Of a stretch of 64,000 nt of DNA, positions 50,573-59,133 are shown piece after piece. Both the position numbers and the translations under genes were made by a program. The notes beneath the pieces were generated by a model, which was not told the origin of the DNA, did not search any database, and saw only the letters and a list, made by a program, of their open reading frames with translations. This DNA comes from Candidatus Poribacteria bacterium. Its GTDB lineage: Bacteria > Poribacteria > WGA-4E > UBA9662. Where the stretch lies: NCBI GenBank assembly GCA_036339735.1, contig JAYZAL010000064.1:1-64000 (forward strand). The letters are read 5' to 3'. The number at the start of each line of letters is the position of its first letter. Position 1 is the stretch's first letter.

Positions 50573-53500
50573 CTATTTCAATATTACCATCTTTTTTAAA
50601 GATGTTTGGTGATCCGTTTGTAGCTCATAGAAGTAGACTCCACTCGCAACTTGTTCACCATTTGCGTTACGGCCATCCCAATATGCTGCAAATCCTTGGC
50701 TAGAATAATCTCCTGCAGGCATTATTCCCAAGTTCAATTCCTTAACTAAAATACCTGTCGCATCGTAAATCCGAATCGATACATGCGATTGCTGACTGAG
50801 CTTATAGGGTAACCATGTCTCAGGGTTGAACGGGTTTGGATAGTTCTGGGCTAGTTCAGTTTTCTGCGGCTTCTTTAAAGTCTCAATAGTTTGAACCCAT
50901 CCCCCTTCAGGGTGAGAGTAAATGTTACGGCCTCCATCCACCACTACTAAACGTTCTAGTTTAATGTCGCCATAACCTCCAGCTTTGCTGACAAAAGAGA
51001 AACTTGCCAAATCGGAAGTCCCAGAAGCATTACCATTCCTTCCAGCAATCATATTAGCTACCAAAATCCTGTTAAGACCATTTGATTCCTCAAAAGTACG
51101 ACTAATAAAGAATGTCTCGGCATTAGATGAATTACGTTCCAGAATTTGGCCTGCCTCTACCTTTTCGTCCATTAAATGCCACAGATCAGGATCGTAAGTC
51201 AGTTCGAACGCATAACCTTTTATACTGTCAACCTTAGCCATGACTTGAAGACTTATTGTTTCTCCCTCTTGAACAACCTGTGGCAAATTTGGCTTGATCA
51301 ATTGGAAGGTTTGCTCTACGATCGCAGGTGAAGCTGCTGGCGGCGGACCACCATCGCCAGTAGGTGGAACACCCAATCCCCCAAAGTCACTAACAATGAT
51401 GTCGTAGTCCACTAGGTTGATGTTACCATCGTCGTTCAAATCGGCATTATCATTGAATTGCTCATGCCCCTCTTGAGTCCCCCAAGCTTGCATAAACAAG
51501 TTCATGTCCCCTATGTTTATCCTGTTATCACCATCAATATCTCCACCAATTAAGTATTGATCCTGATCTTTCGAGTAAATGTCGATACCACGCAAATTAT
51601 CACCAGGAATCACTACTAAAGTGGAAGTATTAGCTTTGGGTTGGTATTGCCCACGCAAATAGGAATTTGCCTTGGCAACTAGCTCCCAAGTACCTCTTGG
51701 TACCCCTTGAATAGTATATGACCCGTCAGCTTTAGTTGTTACTTGAATCCCAGGTTTAGCTTCATCTTCATCATTTGCAATACTATCAATTTCTAAATCT
51801 TCAGTTGTACCTGGTTTACGCAAAGAGAATGTAACTTCAGCTGAATGATCTCGACGTCCTTCCAATTTAACTTTTCCAAAAATAGCTGCATGAGGCAAAA
51901 TCTGAATAGCTAGAGCCGGCGTATTGGCTATCGGTGAGACATTCTCCCGAGTATCTGTTAAAGGATCAATTATAGCAATTGAAGTCCCTCGATTACTAGC
52001 AGCCTCATCGAAATCAAATGAAACTGTAGTATTGATCGGGCGTGTACCCTCGTGTTCTTTCACCTTAAAAGTTAAGGTTGTCAATGTTCGATAGATACCA
52101 GTCCTAACAGCTTTAGAATTATTTTTAATAACTATACTGTAATCTAACTGAAACCCACTAATACCGTTGGCCATACTATCCTCAATAGTATCATCGTGGG
52201 TGTCGTTTTCTAGAACCTCTTGCTGGTTTTCTTTAGCATCATCTAGATCAAAAATTAACGATGATTTGTCGACCCCATCATCTGAAGAGGACAGTTGGCG
52301 AAATGGTAAAGCCGAATCCTGAATTTCCAGGTACCGGTCATCAAAAGTCATGTAAATGCTTGCCCCTTTGATCTTAACATCCGGACTTCTTAGTTGAACA
52401 CGGACCTGAAACTCTTCGCCTGGTCCTGCCGCAATAGATGCTGGGCGTAAGCGGATATTCACCTTACGAATGGTTACACTACCGGCAGCTTTACTATATG
52501 CTTCATTACCACTACCATCCGTCGCTTTCGCATAAATAAAATAAGAACCGTTTAAACCAAATTCATTCGCAGATTCGAAAGATTCAATATCCCAGGAGTA
52601 AGACCCTAAGCCGGCTGAAGTCTGGTAATTAGTGGTCAAAACACCCGACTGGACTGTATTATCACTCACTTCACCTATGATTATCCTAGCGTCATCCTCC
52701 AATGTATGATAATACAAGTTAATTTTTATATCATTGTTATCGATATCTTCTGTATGCCATGAAACAGTATATTCATCTATCGCACGAGAGCCCTGAAGAA
52801 TCGGTGAAATTAGCTTAATCGTTGGCGGATATTTGACAATTAGCCGCCCCCTACTGCGCAACGCCTTTTCTTTAATTTCTGATTCTTCTTTAGCTTTCGT
52901 TGGGTCTTTATCGCTGATTATGGCATAGATATAGTAGCCAGAAAGGCTTTCTTTCACATTTTGATTACGAAAGTTCCACTTGTACTGGCCTAAATCCTCA
53001 TCTTCATCTTCACTCAAGTTGCCGGCAATAAACTCAGTGTTTTCCCGTAATGTTACCAAATCTAAGGTCGAGAGATTCTTGTCGCTATAATAAAGACTGA
53101 TCCTAGCGTCCCCTAGATTTTTTTTGTCAGTCCACTGAACTATAAAAGAGCCATCTGTAATATCAACATCGTTCTGAGGTGTTAGATTGCTCAGGAAAAC
53201 ATCATGCCTCACCTCAACTTGCCCCGGAGCTCGAACCAGTTCAGAACTTATGTCAGTGTCTTCTATAATGCCGTATATCGTATAGAGTCCTTCCGGAATA
53301 TTACGTGTTTCCCAGATAATATTGGTTTCTTCTGCTCCAACAGTCAATTCCACTGGTATGGAATCCGAAGGATCGATACTTGGTATGGCTGGAACTAAAA
53401 CGCTTGTGTCACTCTCTGTTGCAACACGGGCTTTCAAGCCAGCAATGTCCTCAGGCCCGAAATCGTCTTTTCCAGAATAAAACAACGTAATTTTTGCCTT

Positions 53501-54703
53501 CGGGTTAGGTCCGCTAGCACTGAACCCAACTTGACCTTGATCATCAAAAATCACGGCAGGTACTTTGAATGGCGAGAGTATTTTTAGTACAGGCTTTTCT
53601 GGCAATTTAGTAATAACAGGACCGGACGAACTGAAGTCTTCTGCAGGACCTGCAGGAACAGATTTACTGAAAGTAAAACTCGTTCCCTGCTGAAGAATAA
53701 CGCCGATCGTATCACCTTCCCTAGCCTTACCTTCGGTCTTTGTTAAAGCTGCCAAAAGAAAAGTGTTTTGCGTTGAGCCTTCAGGTTCCGCCCCAAGTAA
53801 TGGTTGATCAAGTTCAAATGACAGGCTTATAAGATCTGTTTTAATTTCCGCAATTGGTGCACCATCGTTTTCATCTAGGACACGCAAAGGTTCAATATCT
53901 TTGTAAAGATAAAGTGTCTCAACCGACTCACGGACGAAAGGTGGAGCCAATTGAAGAGTCATCGACATCATATTTTGGGCTATATCCGACCTGACTTCAA
54001 TTGCAGATAAAGCAACTCTCTTATTAAAGGAAACTGGCTTCCCATCATTGAGAGCCGTTACTATGATTGATTCGATCCCCTTAACCATTGGCCCATCAAT
54101 CCGTCTCTGATCTTCCATCGCGGAAACCCTATCGGCCTCACGAAAGAAAAAAGCATGACTGCTAAGATAAAGAATTACCTGATTACCTCTCGTGGTTTTC
54201 CCGGGATTAAGAACGACGACTAAAAGGAAATTAGTGGTTGTTTCTTCCCCAAGTTTACCTACAGGTAACCCAAGCCCTGCTTTTTGCAAGTTTAGCGGGG
54301 CTCGGCTATTGATATCAAGAACCTCTGAGGTAATCCACTCAGCGCTATCTGGCTTTCCATCTTTGTTGACGTCTTCATACAGTTCGATCTTGGCAATTGA
54401 AGTGTCCTCCACCCCTTTATTCTGTTCTTCCAATTTAAGATTACTTACTTTCAGGAAAAACCATTCATCTTGCCCTCCATCATCTGTAATAGCTATATTT
54501 GCAACTACAGCTTGCAAGTCACCAGGATCAACCAATTCATCCGAAGTAACTGGTTGGACATTGATGTTAGTGACAAGGCCCCAAGACAAATAGGGCGAAC
54601 AGAAAACACCCACAATACAAAGTATTAAACCAGCGTAAATAGAACTATATGTTCGGTAGAGTAAAGAACAGCTAATAGACACTGCTCGGTCAAACTTCCT
54701 CAT
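50573..54703 (-). CDS. Giant exported Ig-repeat protein with two cohesins, a dockerin and a C-terminal FlgD-Ig/T9SS-type-A-like domain
   Basis: Signal/TM; LYED.N.DG repeats; three I.LYY...W....G.Y.IY repeats; cohesins PGEEFQVRV..GASIYMTFD and EGETISLQV..GYAFELTYD; dockerin GDIDGDNRINIGD...ADLNDDGNINLVD; NYPNPFNPETW..WDGRN..GE.VASGVYFY. Confidence 0.8.
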   Translation of the reverse strand: MRKFDRAVSISCSLLYRTYSSIYAGLILCIVGVFCSPYLSWGLVTNINVQPVTSDELVDPGDLQAVVANIAITDDGGQDEWFFLKVSNLKLEEQNKGVEDTSIAKIELYEDVNKDGKPDSAEWITSEVLDINSRAPLNLQKAGLGLPVGKLGEETTTNFLLVVVLNPGKTTRGNQVILYLSSHAFFFREADRVSAMEDQRRIDGPMVKGIESIIVTALNDGKPVSFNKRVALSAIEVRSDIAQNMMSMTLQLAPPFVRESVETLYLYKDIEPLRVLDENDGAPIAEIKTDLISLSFELDQPLLGAEPEGSTQNTFLLAALTKTEGKAREGDTIGVILQQGTSFTFSKSVPAGPAEDFSSSGPVITKLPEKPVLKILSPFKVPAVIFDDQGQVGFSASGPNPKAKITLFYSGKDDFGPEDIAGLKARVATESDTSVLVPAIPSIDPSDSIPVELTVGAEETNIIWETRNIPEGLYTIYGIIEDTDISSELVRAPGQVEVRHDVFLSNLTPQNDVDITDGSFIVQWTDKKNLGDARISLYYSDKNLSTLDLVTLRENTEFIAGNLSEDEDEDLGQYKWNFRNQNVKESLSGYYIYAIISDKDPTKAKEESEIKEKALRSRGRLIVKYPPTIKLISPILQGSRAIDEYTVSWHTEDIDNNDIKINLYYHTLEDDARIIIGEVSDNTVQSGVLTTNYQTSAGLGSYSWDIESFESANEFGLNGSYFIYAKATDGSGNEAYSKAAGSVTIRKVNIRLRPASIAAGPGEEFQVRVQLRSPDVKIKGASIYMTFDDRYLEIQDSALPFRQLSSSDDGVDKSSLIFDLDDAKENQQEVLENDTHDDTIEDSMANGISGFQLDYSIVIKNNSKAVRTGIYRTLTTLTFKVKEHEGTRPINTTVSFDFDEAASNRGTSIAIIDPLTDTRENVSPIANTPALAIQILPHAAIFGKVKLEGRRDHSAEVTFSLRKPGTTEDLEIDSIANDEDEAKPGIQVTTKADGSYTIQGVPRGTWELVAKANSYLRGQYQPKANTSTLVVIPGDNLRGIDIYSKDQDQYLIGGDIDGDNRINIGDMNLFMQAWGTQEGHEQFNDNADLNDDGNINLVDYDIIVSDFGGLGVPPTGDGGPPPAASPAIVEQTFQLIKPNLPQVVQEGETISLQVMAKVDSIKGYAFELTYDPDLWHLMDEKVEAGQILERNSSNAETFFISRTFEESNGLNRILVANMIAGRNGNASGTSDLASFSFVSKAGGYGDIKLERLVVVDGGRNIYSHPEGGWVQTIETLKKPQKTELAQNYPNPFNPETWLPYKLSQQSHVSIRIYDATGILVKELNLGIMPAGDYSSQGFAAYWDGRNANGEQVASGVYFYELQTDHQTSLKKMVILK

Positions 54704-54744
54704 ATCTTCTCTTCTTCCTTGTTATGAAGTTAGACGAACTAAAA

Positions 54745-56184
54745 CTACATAAAATTAAATAGACTTGGTGACATAGTACGCGCACCGGTTTGAAGCATAG
54801 CTGTCAACATGTTAAGTTGTATCTGATACTCAACAACTGCGTCTGAATAATCAACTTGCTCTACAGTTTCAAGAAACTGTTCGAGCGCTAAATTTTTATC
54901 CGACAATCGATTACGTAATGTGTCAGCTCGGTTAAGTTTTCCCCCAACCTGAGTTTGTAAAATTGTTATATGCTCAATAGAACTCTCCATAGCATTCGAA
55001 AGTTCTTCAATAGCACCTTTCCCTTGATTTCTAACAGCGGCTTGCAAGTCGACTAATTGATCAAAAACTCTTTGAAAAGCTACATCCCCGGGCATCCCGA
55101 CTTCGATAAAAGAGCTTTTTCCAACTCGCTCTAAATGAACCCCTTCATCTCCTTGATAACTAATACCGACTATATCCCCGATACCAACACTGGTATGCTT
55201 TATAACCCTTGCATCTAATCCTGCATCGTAAGTGTTCTGCAGAGGCGTTTTCAATAAGACAACAGCTTCATTCTTTGTTAGATCCGTCTGGACAGTCTCA
55301 ACCAAAGCTATTTCCGAAACCCCTCCCATACCTTGCACAACAATTTGATCTCCTGCTTCCAAAGCTCCTTGAACTCTGTCCAATGGAAGGACCACCGCTC
55401 TTCGTTCGGCACTTTTTAACAATGGAACAGCCACTGTGGTATCTTCGCTTTCTATATCGGCTTCCTCACCATCCACTTTAGGTTTTGTCAAAACAGCTGG
55501 TTGATTCGATTCAACTGAGTAATTATTTGATAAATCTGAATTGAATTGTATCACAACGCTGTCGCCTGACGACTGAACCGACGAGACCGTAACATATTCT
55601 TGATTTTCACCCTGTTTCAAAACTAATTCATCCCCTACGGAGAACGAATCGGCATATTCTAAACCAATCTCTACTTTATCATGAGAGACGTTTCTAGCAA
55701 ATTTAAATTCTCTTGTGGCAACTGTAGACTGGCTCCGCTCAGCCGTAAAAGCTGTACCTTCCGTTCTATTACCAGCAAACAGAGGTTTACCCTCAAAAGT
55801 GGTATTCACAGTTTCCAATGTCGATTCTACTAACTGCTTTAATTCTTCTGCATAAAACTTATAATCCGAAGGATGATTAGTATCGGACAGGGCCATCTGC
55901 GCTAAATCACGAGCTCTACCTAAAATACTCTGTACATCCTGATACACCATATTTTCTACGCTAAGCTGAGCTTCTGTGTGATTCACGTTTGAAACGAATT
56001 GCTCGTTCTGGGAAATATGTCCCCTAATATCCAGAATCTTGTTGGCTAAAGCTGGGTCATCTGATGGTTTCTGAATTCTTAAACCGGTGGAGACCCGCAT
56101 TTGAGCCTTCTCTAGGTTTTCCAACGCAGTATTAATCTTTCTTTTTAGATTGTCAGCTTGTCCTGCACTTGTAACACGAGCCAT
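54745..56184 (-). CDS. flgL: Flagellar hook-filament junction protein FlgL with two inserted repeat domains
   Basis: STGLRIQKPSDDP, GKPLFAG, YQGD, C-terminal VDYSDAV...SLFNFM; follows flgK. Confidence 0.9.
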   Translation of the reverse strand: MARVTSAGQADNLKRKINTALENLEKAQMRVSTGLRIQKPSDDPALANKILDIRGHISQNEQFVSNVNHTEAQLSVENMVYQDVQSILGRARDLAQMALSDTNHPSDYKFYAEELKQLVESTLETVNTTFEGKPLFAGNRTEGTAFTAERSQSTVATREFKFARNVSHDKVEIGLEYADSFSVGDELVLKQGENQEYVTVSSVQSSGDSVVIQFNSDLSNNYSVESNQPAVLTKPKVDGEEADIESEDTTVAVPLLKSAERRAVVLPLDRVQGALEAGDQIVVQGMGGVSEIALVETVQTDLTKNEAVVLLKTPLQNTYDAGLDARVIKHTSVGIGDIVGISYQGDEGVHLERVGKSSFIEVGMPGDVAFQRVFDQLVDLQAAVRNQGKGAIEELSNAMESSIEHITILQTQVGGKLNRADTLRNRLSDKNLALEQFLETVEQVDYSDAVVEYQIQLNMLTAMLQTGARTMSPSLFNFM

Positions 56185-56216
56185 TTATTTGCTCCTTCAA
56201 CGGTACGAATATTCTA

Positions 56217-57728
56217 TTATCTTGGTGCCATTCGATTAATAACAGTATCAGTCATTTGGTCAATTGTTGACATCATCCGAGCCGCAGCTTCGAAAATACT
56301 TTGATATTGCATCATGGTAACGAGTTCTTCATCTAAAGAAACTCCAGAAACACTTTGCCACCTAGCCTCAAGTTGATCCCGTACCAGTTGAGTTGTATTA
56401 ACTCGGCGCTCGTTTTCATCTGACAACCCACCCAAAGAAGCGACAGAAGTGTTATAAAAATCTGTAAAATTCAAAGTTCCTTCTTCAAAAAACAAAGTAT
56501 TCTGTAGAGATACCATTTCCAAAGCATTCTCATTCTCTCCCCTAGCTGTTCCTTTTGCCGTAGCAATCAGATTGAGGTTCCCTGCAACTTCTGGTGCCAT
56601 TTTGATGGTAGCTGCAATTCTAGATGGTGGTTGAGTTTCAGGAGGAGCTGTTTCGCCAGTACCATAAGAAACTGTTCCATTAGCATCCGGCAAATTAAAC
56701 TGAAATAGGGACTGACCGTTCGACCCTGTTAACCCACGACCAGACTGATGTACACGATTAATTTGACGAACAAAAGTGTATGCAAAACGGTCTAAGTTTT
56801 TGAGTGTCTGAGGAATTATTTCATCCTGCATCCGTAACAAACCAGCGATTGCACCACCACGGATTGTTACATCTCGGGTTTGACCTGGCTGTTTCAGTAC
56901 GACGTCAACCAATTGCTCTGAGATTGCAGTCGTTGTGTCCATCGCACCATCCAAAGGTTTCTTTGGAATTACTTTCAGTTCATTAACTTCGGTTTCTTGT
57001 ATAAGCGGATTACCATCTAACATCACCATGACGGTACCATTATCTTGCTCTATAACACGAACGTCAACCAATTGAGCTATTTCACCTACTAATTCGTCTC
57101 TCAAATCCAGTAAATTTGCGGCTTCTGTCGGCTCTGCCACACTGGAAATATCTTCATGTATAACTGATAATTGACGCAATAGAGAATTTACACGATCAAC
57201 ACGGATCTTTATATCTTCGGCAAACGTTGGCTGCAATTCTTCTAAGTCTGCATAAAACCCACGCAAATCTCCGGCAACAGCTTGAGCCTTGGTCCTGACC
57301 TCTGCTCTGAAAGCTGAATCAGTAGGATCTTGAGCCAAAGTCTCCCAAGCGTTAAAAAAATCAGAAACGGTACTATTGAAATTATCCTCCGATAAAGAAT
57401 TAAAGATAATCTCAATCTGTTGGATGCCTTTTTGCTCCTCTTCTAACTGATTCAACCTCTGATCAGCATACCTAATCTGAGTTTCAATAAACACATCACG
57501 CTTGCGGTCTAGCCTGGCCAAAGCACTCCCAGTACCAAGATGTATCGTTCTGCCAAGACCAGACAAACCACGGTGCTCTATACTCTCCGTGGTTGAAATA
57601 ATTGGAACCTGACGATGATAAGCCCTATTGCCCGCGTTAGATACGTTTTGCTGATTTGTCTGAATCGCAGCCTGATGCGTTTGCATCGACCGTCGACTCA
57701 TTTCGAGAATACTAAAAAGAGTGGACAT
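56217..57728 (-). CDS. flgK: Flagellar hook-associated protein FlgK
   Basis: NVSNA...YHRQ, FFNAWE.L..DP, LLDLRD.L, SVSGVSLDEEL..MMQYQ..F.AAAR. Confidence 0.96.
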   Translation of the reverse strand: MSTLFSILEMSRRSMQTHQAAIQTNQQNVSNAGNRAYHRQVPIISTTESIEHRGLSGLGRTIHLGTGSALARLDRKRDVFIETQIRYADQRLNQLEEEQKGIQQIEIIFNSLSEDNFNSTVSDFFNAWETLAQDPTDSAFRAEVRTKAQAVAGDLRGFYADLEELQPTFAEDIKIRVDRVNSLLRQLSVIHEDISSVAEPTEAANLLDLRDELVGEIAQLVDVRVIEQDNGTVMVMLDGNPLIQETEVNELKVIPKKPLDGAMDTTTAISEQLVDVVLKQPGQTRDVTIRGGAIAGLLRMQDEIIPQTLKNLDRFAYTFVRQINRVHQSGRGLTGSNGQSLFQFNLPDANGTVSYGTGETAPPETQPPSRIAATIKMAPEVAGNLNLIATAKGTARGENENALEMVSLQNTLFFEEGTLNFTDFYNTSVASLGGLSDENERRVNTTQLVRDQLEARWQSVSGVSLDEELVTMMQYQSIFEAAARMMSTIDQMTDTVINRMAPR

Positions 57729-57746
57729 TCTTAATCCTTAAACTAT

Positions 57747-58256
57747 TCAAATCCTATGATCGAACATGCCTTTACCTTGTGGGCTACGGACATGACCATC
57801 ATCTTGATAAGTATCTCCTGGTTCATCAATTCGCATTACTTCATCAACCAGGAAAGACGCGTATTCTTGCTCACTTTCTAATAGACTTTTGTTGGTATCA
57901 TTAATAAACTCGAACTCTCTTTTTACTCGTTCTACACGCTGAAAAAGCTTTTGATAATCCGATTTTAGAGGTTCGTCTGCCAATTTGGTAATCGTTGTCG
58001 CGTTTAGTGATTGATCAACTAAACCTTCTTCCGTCGCCAACTTAGTCAGAAGAACATCACGAGTAATTTCAATCTTTTGGATCTTTTGGATAGTTGATTC
58101 CTCATTCTTAATCAATTCTTCCAATTCTTTAATTTCACGCTTTACTAACAGATCTCGCTCGGCATACAAAATCTTCAAGAGTTCATAGTACTTATCAAGT
58201 TCATAGCGCAACAGTTCAAACAAATCAGAAAGCAATGCTTGCAATATAACTACCAC
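57747..58256 (-). CDS. flgN: Flagellar export chaperone FlgN
   Basis: Helical protein with L...E..LL, N..N..LL, TY...G and C-terminal FDHRI; directly upstream of flgK. Confidence 0.8.
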   Translation of the reverse strand: MVVILQALLSDLFELLRYELDKYYELLKILYAERDLLVKREIKELEELIKNEESTIQKIQKIEITRDVLLTKLATEEGLVDQSLNATTITKLADEPLKSDYQKLFQRVERVKREFEFINDTNKSLLESEQEYASFLVDEVMRIDEPGDTYQDDGHVRSPQGKGMFDHRI

Positions 58257-58284
58257 TAAGCCCCAAGATATTCGCTACTTTAGG

Positions 58285-58311
58285 GTATCGACAGAAAAGC
58301 CAACAACTTTA
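58285..58311 (-). promoter_or_regulatory. Sigma28 (FliA/SigD) promoter for flgN-flgK-flgL
   Basis: TAAA-15 bp-GTCGATAC versus consensus TAAA-N15-GCCGATAA. Confidence 0.75.
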
Positions 58312-58312
58312 C

Positions 58313-59098
58313 CTATACAGAAACCCTACCCAGAGTTTCAATTGCTTTTCCCATAATTGTATCATGGGCCTTTATCACTCTTTGATTGGCTTGATAAGCT
58401 CTTGTGACGGTAATCATATCAACCATCTCGGTAACAACACTAACATTAGACATCTCTAACGTTCCTGATTTCATACGAACAGTTCCAACTCGTTCTGGTA
58501 TCGCATTAGGATCTGTCGGAATAAAAAGGCTATTACCCATTTTGGTCAAATCGTATGGCTTAGAAAAATCAACGACTTGTAATCGGTCGACAAATTCGTT
58601 GTTGACCATGATTTCACCCACTTGATTGATATCGACCTGACTGCCAGTTATTTTAATTGGCCCATTTTCTCCCAATACTGGATGCCCATCAGCAGTTACT
58701 AACCGATATTCAGTATCAACTACAAAGTTTCCATTTCGCGTGTAACGTTCACCTGATGGTGTTTGAACGACAAAAAAACCTTGATTAAAAAGCGCCAGAT
58801 CAAGAGTATTGCCTGTCTCTTGGTAACTACCCGATGTCGACAGATCATGAGCCGTAACATCCGGGTTAACCCCCAAACCAATCCGACCAGCGACAGGTCG
58901 AGGGTCGACTTCGAAACCACCACTTATGGCCTTGGGATCGTGGATCCGCTTTAGCAACAAGCTTGGAAATGCCTTAGAAACAGAGATGTCTCGCTTATAA
59001 CCTGCAGTATTGACGTTTGCTAAGTTATTTGCAATCACCTCTTGCCTCTTCAACTCATTGAGCATTCCTGTTGTGGCAATGTACAAACCTCGTGTCAT
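58313..59098 (-). CDS. flgF: Flagellar basal-body rod protein FlgF/FlhO type
   Basis: RGLYIATTGM, IANNLANVNTAGYKRD, TGNTLDLAL, YTRNGNF, LEMSNVSVVTEMVDMI. Confidence 0.85.
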   Translation of the reverse strand: MTRGLYIATTGMLNELKRQEVIANNLANVNTAGYKRDISVSKAFPSLLLKRIHDPKAISGGFEVDPRPVAGRIGLGVNPDVTAHDLSTSGSYQETGNTLDLALFNQGFFVVQTPSGERYTRNGNFVVDTEYRLVTADGHPVLGENGPIKITGSQVDINQVGEIMVNNEFVDRLQVVDFSKPYDLTKMGNSLFIPTDPNAIPERVGTVRMKSGTLEMSNVSVVTEMVDMITVTRAYQANQRVIKAHDTIMGKAIETLGRVSV

Positions 59099-59133
59099 GA
59101 AACTTTCCCCTATCTTAGATACCTAAAGATCTA

